Positions 13,101-22,699 of a DNA stretch of 64,000 nt are shown piece by piece; the first letter of the stretch is position 1, and each line of letters begins with the position of its first letter. Where the stretch lies: assembly GCF_006345805.1 (NCBI RefSeq), contig NC_043014.1, positions 7,812,001-7,876,000 on the forward strand, written 5' to 3'. The position numbers and the translations under genes are program-made. This DNA is from Octopus sinensis. Lineage: Eukaryota. The notes under the pieces are model-generated. The model had not been told where the DNA came from. It did no database searches and saw nothing but the letters and a program-made list of their open reading frames with translations.

Positions 13101-13911
13101 TTAATTATTATTTTCACTCAGTCTAACTCATGGATGAATTAACCCTTTCGTCACTGCATTTATTTTGAGATGCTCTGTGTTTCTTTCAATTACTTTAAAT
13201 ATAACAAAGAATTTAGTAAAATAACTTAGTTATCATTCAGCTAATGTTAGCAACATAAATTGTGACTAAGGTTTGGTGGAAGATTTTAATTCAAAACTTA
13301 TGAAAACCAGGCATTTGTACTCAGAGCCAAAGGTGGTTTCAGCCAGGTTGGTATCAAAAGGATTAAGAATTGTTTCTCTATTATATATATTTTAACCCTT
13401 TTGTTACCATATTTCTGTTGAGATGCTCTGTGTTTCTTTCAATTAATTTTAAATATAACAAAGAATTTAATAAAATAATTTAGTTATCATTAAGCTAGTG
13501 TTAGGAACATAAATTGTGACTAAGGTTTGGTGGAAGATTTGAATTCAAAACTTATGAAAACAAGACATTTGTACTCAGAGCCAAATGTGGTTTCAGCCGA
13601 GTTGGTTAAAGCAGAAGTTTGCATCTTTTCGTAGGAATCCCAAATCATTTCAACATGTCTAACATTTTTTTTCACTGCACTTTTTTTTAGGTACAGTTGC
13701 CCAATGAAAATCCATCCTGGAAGGAGACCAATTCCATGCAGACTACAAGTTAGTTAGTCTTATTGCTTATCTGTTATTTTCATTCTTGCATCCCCATCAA
13801 TGTTCCCGCTCACCTACCTGCCACACACATGTAAATGAAAGTATATATGCTACCATCATCATCATCTTAAACAATATCCTTGTGATCATCATCATCATTC
13901 TGTAGGTATAT

Positions 13912-13963
<52 letters not shown>

Positions 13964-14628
13964 ATATGTATCAAAAGAAAAACAGGACGCAAAGGATTCT
14001 GCGGTACATATGTTTCGGGATTTATTGAATAACTTATATCAATGCATAATTGATATAACAGGTAGATCAAAAGCCTTCTTCAGCCGCGTACAATTACCAC
14101 ACTAAGGACATGTATCACATTATAGCAGGTTTGAGAAAAAGTTTGGGAAGCCCGAAACATATGTACCGCAAAATCCTTTGCGTCCTGTTTTTCTTTTGAT
14201 ACACATATCCTATCACCTATACCACTAGCTGGCATATACAGGTGCTTGCAGTTATCAAGTATTCACCCTGAATTTTTTATATATATATACATATATATAT
14301 CGCCTATCTGGATGTTTTGTTGTTTCATTTGTATCACCTAGTTGTCCAGATGTTTTGTGTTCTTGTCCCATTTGGTATTTTATATATATATATGTGCCGG
14401 TGATGATGATGATGATACACACACACACACACAAACACATATTTATATATATATATATATATACACATACATGGCCTGCTCGCTTAGCCAGCGGGGTGGC
14501 GTCATTTGAAGGCTAAAACAATGCGAAGCGCATTGTGACCAGCGATGTGTAACAACATCTGATAGCCTGGTCGGTCACGGTGATATACATACATACACAC
14601 ACACATATATATTTATATAAATAATACA

Positions 14629-14665
<37 letters not shown>

Positions 14666-14730
14666 TTTATATACATATATATATATATACATATACATAC
14701 ATACATACATACATACACACACTCACATAT

Positions 14731-14800
<70 letters not shown>

Positions 14801-15288
14801 GTTAATTGGTCATAGTTGGTGTTTATCAATATGGTTTACATATTGATACCCCTTGGTATTTAGATGCAAATGTTCGCTAGATCCAGTAGGTGGGTTATCG
14901 AACCTTTGCTGCATTTAGCTATCGTTTATGCTGCTCTAAATTAACAGAGTTGGCGTATGGTACCGATTAGATTTAACGCTTGTCCAAAGCAGCAAAAAAT
15001 TTCCCACCAATCTTCGTTGAAACATGCAAACCGAAAATTGGGTTGAACCAGCAGACATCCTGATTTCTATATCTGTTACTCTTTTACTCTTTTACTTGTT
15101 TCAGTCATTTGACTGCGGCCATGCTGGAGCACCGCCTTTAGTCGAACAAATCGACCCCGGGACTTATTCTTTGTAAGCCCAGTACTTATTCTATCGGTCT
15201 CTTTTGCCGGACCGCTAAGTGACGGGGACGTAAACACACCAGCATCGGTTGTCAAGCACTGCTAGGGGGACAAACACAGACACACATG

Positions 15289-15336
<48 letters not shown>

Positions 15337-15711
15337 CGACAGGCTTCTTTTAGTTTCCGTCTACCAAATCCACTCACAAGGCATTGGTCGGCCCGGGGCT
15401 ATAGCAGAAGACACATGCCCAAGATGCCACGCAGTGGGACTGAACCCGGAACCATGTGGTTGGTTAGCAAGCTACTTACCACACAGCCACTCCTGCGCCT
15501 ATATATATATATATATATCATCATCATCATCATCATCGTTTAGCGTCCGTTTTCCATGCTAGCACTGGTAACACATCTGCAATTTCCATTGATCAGTTTT
15601 GATTCTGATCCTCACTTGCCTCAACAGGTCTTCACAAGTAGAGTTTTGTGTCCCAAGAAGGGAAGGTATGCATACGTAGGCTGGCTCCATCCCATGTAGA
15701 AGGCCACAGGT

Positions 15712-15742
<31 letters not shown>

Positions 15743-18512
15743 GTGGAGGCGCAATGGCCCAGTGGTTAGGGCAGCGGACTCGCGGTCATAGGATCGCCGT
15801 TTCAATTCCCAGACCGGGCGTTGTTAGTGTTTATTGAGCGAAAACACCTAAAAGCTCCACGAGTCTCTGGCAGGGATGGTGGTGATCCCTGCTGTACTCT
15901 TTCACCACTCTTTCTTCTGTTGGCCTGCTCGCTTAGCCAGCGGGGTGGTGTCATTCGAAGGCTAAAACAATGCGAATGCATTGTGACCAGCGATGTGTAA
16001 CAACATCTGATGGTCTGGTCGGTCACGTGATATATATACATAGGATGATCCAATACACTTATATATGTATATTGTACTATATCATGAGGATGATGATGAT
16101 GATGATCATCTTTTAATGTCCACTTTCCATGCTGGCATGGGTTGGACGGTTTGACTGAGGACTGGCAATCCAGGTGGCTGCTCCAGGCTCCAATCTGTTC
16201 TGGCAATGTTTCTACAGCTAGATGCCCTTCCTTACGCCAATCACTCCGAGAGTGTAGTGGGTGCTTTTTACACATCTCCAGCACGGGTCTGTCTGTCTGC
16301 CTTTTAGCATTTTTGTTCTATCCACACAACTACATAAATATGGAACCAGAAAGCTATGAGACCAACGAACCCGAAGCTTAAAAGAGCCAGAAAGCAAATG
16401 CTTGGAGTAATTTCTTCTGCCTCTTTTATGTTCTACCGAGGTTGACTTTGCCTTTCATCCTTTTAAGGTCGATAAAATAAACACCATTTGAGCACTGGGA
16501 TTAATGTGATCAACTTCCGCCCTCCCCCACAATTGATGGCCTTGTGCCGGACTTTGAAACTATTATCATTCTTATTCTTATTCTTATTTGCAGGTGACTG
16601 TGGTGTATGGTCCAGAGAAAGCATAGAGCTTCTTCTGAGGTCGTTAACACAATATTTTATGATGAAACCGTCTCATATCACAAGTGAGTCTGAATTATGG
16701 ATGGAAATCTCAAACAAAATGAAACTCCTTGGTTTAAACACAACGTCTTTACAATGCCAACAGAAATGGCAAGAACTCAAACAAAAATACGTCCATTTGA
16801 AAATGTCGAAGAATTCTTCAGAGAGCAGCAATCAAGTTTGGCCTTTCCTTGGTGTCTTGAACATGATGTACTATGCTTTCCAAAATCCAAGGTTAGAGGG
16901 CTCATCTTCACTTCCGAGTCCCTTTGATTCAGTTTTTGCTATTGATGTTGATGGCGCCAACTCTTCAGTGGATCTGCTTTCATCTTGTGATTCCCATATT
17001 ATCCCTGACAGTTTTTCTTCTCGAATACTTTTGGATAATTACCGTGATGTAAGTACTGTGGAGAACACTGAGAATCTTCTGCAAGATCATATAGATAACC
17101 AGGCTGATAGAATTTGGCAAAACAATGTGTGGAATTCGTCACTGAGATCAGAGGGAGAAGAAGACAACCAGGTGGTGGAGAAAAATTTTCTGAAACAAAT
17201 AAGTTTGGAAGAGGAGGTGTGCAAACAGTATTGGGACAATTTGGAGAGCAGCTCCTTGTCCTTGCAGAATAGTTTCCGTCCCAGTCCTAATGGTAATGGT
17301 AATGGCAGTGTCATTGCTGTAATGCCGTCATTCAATGATGACATCCATAACAGTGTCGAAGTAATTACTGACTCAGAACTTCAAAGGGAGATAAAGAAAG
17401 AGGCTGACAACTCTTTTGAACAAACAACTATTCCAAGCATATCTGTGATGGAGAAAGCTAATGAACAAAGTTGGACATCGGAAGATGCCAATCTTGGAAT
17501 TTTCAGCATTAAAATGGAACCTAGCAATAATGAGGCAAACTTATATATGGAAATTTCGACTCCTCAGGATTTGAATCCAGCATCATCAACATCTGTTTCA
17601 TCATCCACATCATCGTCATCATCATCATCATCAACATCATCATCTTCAATACCATCGTCGTCATCGTCATCATCATCATCATCATCATTATTGTTGCCAT
17701 CAGCAGTATCATCGATAACACCATTAGCTATAGCCCCGACTTCTACTACTACTAGTAGTACTACAACAACAACCACTACCACAATATCAGGTTGTGATGC
17801 TAATGGTGCAAATTTACAGAACAGTGACAAAATTGTTTTAGGAGAATTACCTACAGAACCCGTCGGAACTAAAAATGATTGTGGTTTAGAGCTCTTTTGT
17901 CAACAGGCATCTGTGCTTTCTGAAAATATTAACAACATCTGTGATTCTGCAAGTGATAATGGCATTAACCATGATATTTCAAACATCACTAGATTACAAG
18001 ATATCACTTCTGAGACCAACTCTTCAAAACCCCTTCAACACAATACAACTTTAAATAGTAATCAGTCAAGCTCTGAAATTCCTAATATGCCAATCACCAG
18101 TCACTCAGAGACTCTCTGCTTGGATCTGGGTGCTACTGGGTCTAACATTTTCTCTGGACAAAATTCCGAACTTTCTAAGGGGTTATTAGCTAATAAGACA
18201 CTGAACTTGTTGGACTCGCCTTTGCCTTTAGCTGTGGGTGAGCTCAGAAGAGATAAAAATGAGAGCAATAATAGTGAAGCTGTACCACATTGGTTCCAGC
18301 TCTATGTTCAGCAATACCAACAAGAAGCTGAAATTCGAGAGAAACAACTAAAAGATTTCCAAACTAAAATTCTAGAACTTTTCAAGGAAACAAATCAACA
18401 ATTAGCCACTCTAATTGAAGTACAAAAAAATGAAAAGATGAGGCAGGAAAAGAAAGATGAAGAATTTAGATCTAATCTGCTTGCTATTTTGCAAGAGAAT
18501 CTAAAGAAATGA
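1871..18512 (+). CDS. Spliced, 5'-incomplete gene: integrase H2C2 zinc-binding domain (GIN1/Ginger/Gypsy-like) + Myb/SANT-like trihelix DNA-binding domain + Ser-rich region + C-terminal coiled coil; at least 789 aa
   Basis: Five exons joined by hand. All have GT-AG sites and compatible phases (1,0,0,1), and the total of 154+188+51+58+1919=2370 nt is open to TGA at 18510-18512. The junction peptide HILPSGLHMREAKTLLRVTSKYYWSSLTEDIKKW|VSECEVCQ forms a complete H-H-C-C motif only after splicing. Confidence 0.85.
2035..2452 (-). mobile_element. SINE family A (tRNA head, CORE-like GGGCAAGTG block, internal TA/TG microsatellite, second module)
   Basis: The minus strand starts GCAGGAGTGGCTGTGTGGTAAG...GGTTCAGTCCC (Pol III A/B boxes). 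Other copies: 5965-6375(-), 15080-15500(-), 21405-21808(-), 23106-24080(+), 24940-25140(-), 31530-31760(-), 37443-37850(+), 43240-43900(-), 49470-50102(-), 52965-53056(-). Confidence 0.9.
3972..4165 (-). mobile_element. CR1-clade LINE 3' end fragment
   Basis: DPWNKLPGEMVKMPTTARFKVSLDHKWPELF plus a 3' UTR and (TAAC/TTAAC)-type tail. Same family as 19195-19737. Confidence 0.85.
4250..4437 (+). CDS. Exon encoding the His-His half of the integrase zinc-binding domain
   Basis: Acceptor ttttttttttctcctAG (4248-49) and donor TGG|GTAAGC (4438). Encodes ...KYSHILPSGLHMREAKTLLRVTSKYYWSSLTEDIKKW, matching H-x-G-H..kT..rv...YYW.....Di..W. Confidence 0.9.
5347..5612. mobile_element. Palindromic fold-back MITE-like element (~117-bp arms, ~25-nt loop)
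   Basis: gcagcgtggaaggtgttt...cgacctgttc (5350-5466) is the reverse complement, with few mismatches, of gaacaggtcg...aaacaccttccacgctgc (5492-5609). Confidence 0.85.
6420..6720. mobile_element. Non-autonomous interspersed repeat, homologous (inverted) to 60930-61140
   Basis: Shared blocks ttttataaacacattctaccagtatacgaagtttaaaagtgtttagttac and gattggttgaaattgc. Confidence 0.7.
6800..7176. repeat. Imperfect (CA)n tract immediately upstream of the 51-nt exon
   Basis: Directly visible; it ends ~30 nt before the acceptor at 7205. Confidence 0.95.
7206..7256 (+). CDS. 51-nt exon encoding the Cys-Cys half of the zinc-binding domain (VSECEVCQKLRQYQNDI)
   Basis: Acceptor tttttattctaacAG (7204-05) and donor ATT|GTAAGT (7257). 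Phase 0-0. Supplies CxxCQ exactly where the domain needs it. Confidence 0.9.
7440..8566 (-). mobile_element. SINE family B, six head-to-tail ~180-bp units under one tRNA head
   Basis: The repeated unit joins at GAAATACCTATTTCTTT. It carries GCCTTTCATCCTTTCGGGGTCGATAAA(T)AAGTACC, which resembles the Meta-SINE central domain as I recall it. Other arrays or copies: 11410-11590, 38510-38700, 39285-40050(+), 42380-42985(-), 47905-48120(+), 54180-54410(-), 59610-60025(-), 61300-61520(-), 61765-62410(-); degenerate at 3285-3480 and 16400-16560. Confidence 0.9.
8894..11076. repeat. 25-bp minisatellite (GACTATACTATATAATTTTAATGAA)n, ~87 units, intronic
   Basis: Directly visible tandem array with recurrent variants (GAAAAC, TGATGTT, GACTGT). 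Confidence 0.98.
11095..11330 (-). pseudogene. Penelope-like element ORF N-terminal fragment
   Basis: SRKDIPIPRMKDFICDLLEKTNQLVCRMRWKAFFF matches the KNIPIP...LI.K.E....RMRWKA.FF motif typical of the N-terminus of invertebrate Penelope-like RT proteins. Confidence 0.7.
11600..12375 (+). mobile_element. Probable Penelope-like pseudo-LTR with TATA-like box, two hammerhead-like cores and AATAAA
   Basis: GTATTTAAAGGG at ~12077; CTGAAGA...GAAAC (12189-12253) and CTGATGA...GAAAC (12269-12331); AATAAA at ~12371. Confidence 0.5.
13143..13362. mobile_element. piggyBac-type MITE with TTAA TSD
   Basis: TTAA-CCCTTTCG ... CAAAAGGA-TTAA. A second tandem copy lies at 13396-13610 and an inverted copy at 22091-22699. 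Confidence 0.85.
13691..13748 (+). CDS. 58-nt linker exon (VQLPNENPSWKETNSMQTT)
   Basis: Acceptor ttttttttAG (13689-90) and donor AA|GTTAGT (13749). Phase 0 in and phase 1 out, which bridges the previous exon to the large terminal exon. Confidence 0.75.
14001..14087 (-). ncRNA. Hammerhead-ribozyme-like motif with long stem II, inside a 52-bp inverted-repeat-bracketed element (13968-14202)
   Basis: Minus strand: GCGG-CUGAAGA-(60 nt incl. 10-bp hairpin)-GAAAC-AUAU-GUA-CCGC. Stem I is 4 bp and stem III is palindromic (ACAUAUGU). Confidence 0.55.
15745..16030 (+). mobile_element. SINE family C (tRNA-derived head GGCGCAATGGCCCAGTGGTTAGGGCAGCGGACTCGCGG)
   Basis: Pol III A/B boxes followed by a conserved body. 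Copies: 14473-14583 fragment, 40509-40862(+), 41335-41650(+), 44483-44853(-), 50683-51060(-), 53548-53930(+), 54945-55321(-); related subfamily at 12470-12800(-) and 40893-41160(+). Confidence 0.9.
16594..18512 (+). CDS. Large terminal exon: Myb/SANT-like domain (~16608-16870), Ser/Thr-rich disordered region, coiled-coil C-terminus
   Basis: Acceptor ttcttattcttatttgcAG (16592-93). WSRESIELLL...LWMEISNKMKLLGLNTTSLQCQQKWQELKQKY...WPFLGVLNMMY fits the trihelix/Myb_DNA-bind_4 pattern. The 1.9-kb frame has no stops. The C-terminus reads PHWFQLYVQQYQQEAEIREKQL... and is helical. Confidence 0.9.
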
Positions 18513-19194
18513 AGCATTAAAATATGTCTGATTGTTGTTATTATTGTTATTAATGTTGTTTTTATTTTTTTCTTGTTATTGCAAATATAGTTATTATTTT
18601 GAAGGTAATACATTGGCAGATTTGGTAGAAGAAAGGACCTTGTGATGTCCCCTATGTTCTGTACTGACTTTTCCTTTCATCTTTTCAGGGTCATCATCAT
18701 CGTTTAACGTCCGTTTTCCATGCTAGCATGGGTTGGACGGTTCAACTGGGGTCTGTGAAGACAGAAGGCTGCACCAGGCTCCAGTCTGATCTGGCAGTGT
18801 TTCTACTGCTGGATGCCCTTCCTAACGCCAACCACTCCATGAGTGTAGTGGGTGCTTTTTACGTGCCACCTGCACAGGTGCCAGACGAGGCTGGCAAACG
18901 GCCACGATCAGATGGTGCTTTTTATGTGCCACCGGCATGGGGGTCAGACGAGGCAGGCAACGGCCACAATCGGATGGTGCTTTTTACGTGCCAGTGCTGG
19001 GTGAATATTATAATTGGTGATACCTCCACCTTCTGAAAGTGCCTGTCCCTAATTTAAAAATCATAAAATGTGTAAGAATATGTTTGGCAGAATTGATAAA
19101 ACACCCTAGAAAATGTGTGACAGTATTTTGCTTTCTGTCAGAATTGACTTCACTATACAGGGTCCTATTAATCAACCTTGTATTTTATTCCTAC

Positions 19195-19737
19195 CGCTCT
19201 ATGTCACGCTGGTGAGACCCATATTGGAGTACGGGATTCAAGCCTCTTCTCCTTATCTCCTCAAAGACATACAGCATCTCGAAAGAGTCCAGAAGCTGGC
19301 TACCCGCATGGTTCTTGGTCTCAAGAATTTGTCTTATGAAGAAAGGCTGAAGACGCTCGACCTTTATTCTCTAGAAAAACGCCGCCGCCGTGGTGATCTC
19401 ATTCTTGCTCACAACATCATAAGCGGAAAGTGTAACCTCTCGAAAGAGCTGTTCTTCACTCCTGCTCCAGAGCGTCGGCTGCAGGGTCACTCCGAAAAGC
19501 TCTATCTGCGACGATTTCATCTCAATCGAAGGAGAGGGGCTTTCTCCGTCCGGGTTTTGGATCCGTGGAATAAGCTGCCGGACGAGATAGTGAAGATGCC
19601 GATGACCGCTCAGTTCAAAGTCTCCCTTGACCAGAAATGGCCTGATCTCTTTGCATGAACACCACCCTGTACATAACTCCATGTCCCCCTACATGGCTTG
19701 CTTTTTGCTTTTTGAGCCAAAAAATTAACTTAACTTA
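19195..19737 (+). mobile_element. 5'-truncated CR1-clade LINE (RT C-terminus + 3' UTR)
   Basis: LYVTLVRPILEYG...LERVQKLATRMV.GLKNLSYEERL..L.LYSLEKRR.RGDLI...WNKLP, with a (TTAAC)n-like tail. A homologous copy is at 36825-37260(-). Confidence 0.92.
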
Positions 19738-20029
19738 TTCCAAACAAGCTGCAATAGCCATCTGTTGTTGATTTTCTCTTCACGGTGCACATCTGGGTTT
19801 TATTATGAAAACATTAATGACATGCCGGGTCATAGTGCTAGTGCATGCATATACAGCTGCGTGCGTGCGTGCGCACATACATGCGAGTACTGTCCAAATC
19901 GCCGACCAATCACATACAGCTAGCTGGCATTCAATTAGCGTATCAAGTTTCAGGCATTTTGATTGGGTTTTGGACAGAAAATTCACAAAAAAGTCACTTC
20001 TATTGATTATTTTAATGGCTTTGCGGGGT

Positions 20030-20497
20030 GACTGGGGAAATGTAAAGATGTGCATGACCACCCTTGGACGGTTTTTAATGACCATAGAAAGTGCGAGCCC
20101 TCTAACTGAAAAACTGTGGATTTGTATAAAGGACACACACACAGACATTTTGCCGTTTATATATATATATATATATATATATATTTTATCTTTTACTGGT
20201 TTTAGCCCAGGGCTGTGCACGACCACCCTTGGATGGTTTTGAATGACCATGGAAAGTGTGAGCCCTCTAACTGAAAAATTGTGGATTTGTATAAAGGACA
20301 CGCACACAGACAGACATTTTGCCGTTTATATATATATATCTTTTATCTTTTCCTAGTTTTAGCCCAGGGCTGTGCACAACCACCCTTGGACGGTTTTGAA
20401 TGACCATAGAAAGTGTGAGCCCTCTAACTGAAAAATTGTGGATTTGTATAAAGGACACGCACACAGACAGACATTTTGCCGTTTATATATAGAGAGA
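20030..20497 (-). mobile_element. Three tandem Helitron 5'-end segments
   Basis: The minus strand begins A|TCTCTCTATATATAAACGGCAAAATGTCTG (TC at 20497-96). The ~145-bp block occurs three times. Confidence 0.7.
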
Positions 20498-22090
20498 TTT
20501 CAGGTTTTGCTATTGAAATCATCATCTGTTGTCATAATCATTCTGTTTGTCATAGCATATGTCCATATGGTGTGCTTTTCAAATGATACCAAAATGTCAA
20601 AATGTTTTCCTTGGCAATAATTGCGGTCATCTTTACCTGAGTGAAAAATGAACTTTATTTATTTTTAAAAATTCGGATGATAAATTAATCTATATCTTCC
20701 AATAGTTGTTCAAATCCATCAAAGGTAATTATGCTATGTAAACTTCATTAAAAAGTGTCTAATTGTGTGAAATGAGTTACTACTGTTACATTTCTTTTTG
20801 TACAATTTCACACCACCATCATCATTTAACGTCCGCTTTCCATGCTAGCATGGGTTGGACGGTTCAACTGGGGTCTGGGAAGCCCGAAGGCTGCACCAGG
20901 CCAGTCAGATCTGGCAGTGTTTCTACAGCTGGATGCCCTTCCTAACGCCAACCACTCCGAGAGTGTAGTGGGTGATTTTATGTGCCACCGACACAGGTGC
21001 CAGACGAGGCTGGCGAACGGCCACGATCGGATGGTGTTTGTTACGTGCCCACAGCACGGAGGCCAGTCGTTGCGGTACTGGCTACGGCCATGTTCGGATG
21101 GTTTTCTTGTGTGCCACCGGCACTGGTACCACAAAGATACAACAATTCAACATAAATTTCTTACACTGACCCTTTACTGTCCCCTATTACTTCACTATCA
21201 TGATTGAATACTCTGTTCTTTCATAATCTCATTTTCTTGGAAAGCATTTTCACTTTTGACAAAGTGAACCATTTTACTTTCATGAGGCAGTAAAGAATAA
21301 GACAATAAGAAAGGTATTCTAGTTTATCATCTTTTTCCACCTGTGCAAATTTTTTGCACTACAAATTTTATTCTTTATATTAATTATTTTCTTTACATCT
21401 GTATACTCTTTTACTTGTTTCAGTCATTTGACTGCGGCCATGCTGGAGCACTGCCTTTATAGTTGAACAAATCGACCCCGGGACTTATTCTTTGTAAGCC
21501 CAGTACTTATTCTATCGGTCTCTTTTGCCGATCCGCTAAGTAACGGCGGACGTAAACACACCAGCATCGGTTGTCAAGCAATGCTAGGGGGACAAACATA
21601 GACACACAAACACACACACGCACACATATATATATACATATATACGACGGGCTTTTTTCAGTTTCCGTCTACCAGATCCACTCACAAAGCTTTGGTCGGC
21701 CCGGGGCTATAGCAGAAGACACTTGCCCAAGATGCCACGCAGTGGGACTGAACCCGGAACCATGTGGTTGGTAAGCAAGCTACTTACCACACAGCCACTC
21801 CTGCACCTACAAATTTTATTCCTTATATTAATTAATTTCTTATACATTTGTATATTTATAAGTTTTAGATTTTCTCTCCCTTCTTACTTTGCCATTTTGT
21901 CCCCATATATCTGCTGAAATAGAATGGCTTTGTTCCATTTAATTTCAAAAATACTGAAGAATTTAGTAAAATAACTTTATCATTACTTAACTAGAACTTA
22001 AAACATAAATAATTTAGATAACTTATAGAACAGGAGTTTTGTATAGAATTAAAGGTAGTCTCAAGGCAGGTTAATATTTGAAGATCTTAA

Positions 22091-22699
22091 CCCTTTCGTT
22101 ACTAACCCAGCCAAAACTGGCTCTGGCTATGTAGTACAAATGTCTTGTTTTCATAAATTTTGCATCAAAATATACCAAAATATATCAAAAGTTGCAATTT
22201 ATATTCCTAACACTAGCTTAATGATAACTAAGTTATTTTACTAAATTCTTTGTTATATTTAAAACTAGCAGTATCGCCCGGCGTTGCTCGGGTTTGTAAG
22301 GGAAATAACTATATAAGCATTTTTAGAGAGTTATAGCCAAAAAATAGCAAAAAAATGCATTAAAAATGGGAAAAAAATTATGGTAAATTTTTTTTTAAAT
22401 CGTTGACTCATCGTAGACATTTTTAGAGAGTTACTTCCCTTATATAATAGCGAAAAAATGCATTAAAATGGAAAAAAATGATGATAAATTTTTTTTTAAA
22501 TCGTAGACTCATCGTAGACGTGCGCTAATACCCAGAAGGGCTCGATATGAATCACGACTATAAGATTAAACTGCACCGCAAAATGTGGGAGTAGTTAGGA
22601 ATCTAAATCGTAGGAGACAGACACACAACCTCTCTTTTATATATAAAGATAATTGAAAGCAACACAGAGCATCTCAAAATAAATACGGTAACGAAAGGG
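22091..22699. mobile_element. piggyBac-type MITE (TTAA TSD) interrupted by a Helitron
   Basis: TTAA-CCCTTTCGTTAC ... GTAACGAAAGGG-TTAA; 12-bp perfect TIRs. Confidence 0.92.
22265..22649 (-). mobile_element. Non-autonomous Helitron, complete
   Basis: The minus strand has 5'-TC...CCCGAGCAACGCCGGG hairpin...CTAG-3', inserted between A and T with no TSD. A sister copy is at 63166-63561(-). Confidence 0.9.

Noticed and set aside
15745-15820. tRNA-like sequences (also the heads of SINE A and SINE B) as tRNA genes
   Set aside because: They lack a paired acceptor stem and proper anticodon arm, and continue into SINE bodies.
16488-16593. First 35 codons of the 674-aa ORF as the true N-terminus
   Set aside because: It starts at TTG inside a decayed SINE B remnant and runs through a polypyrimidine tract and AG, so it is intron read-through.
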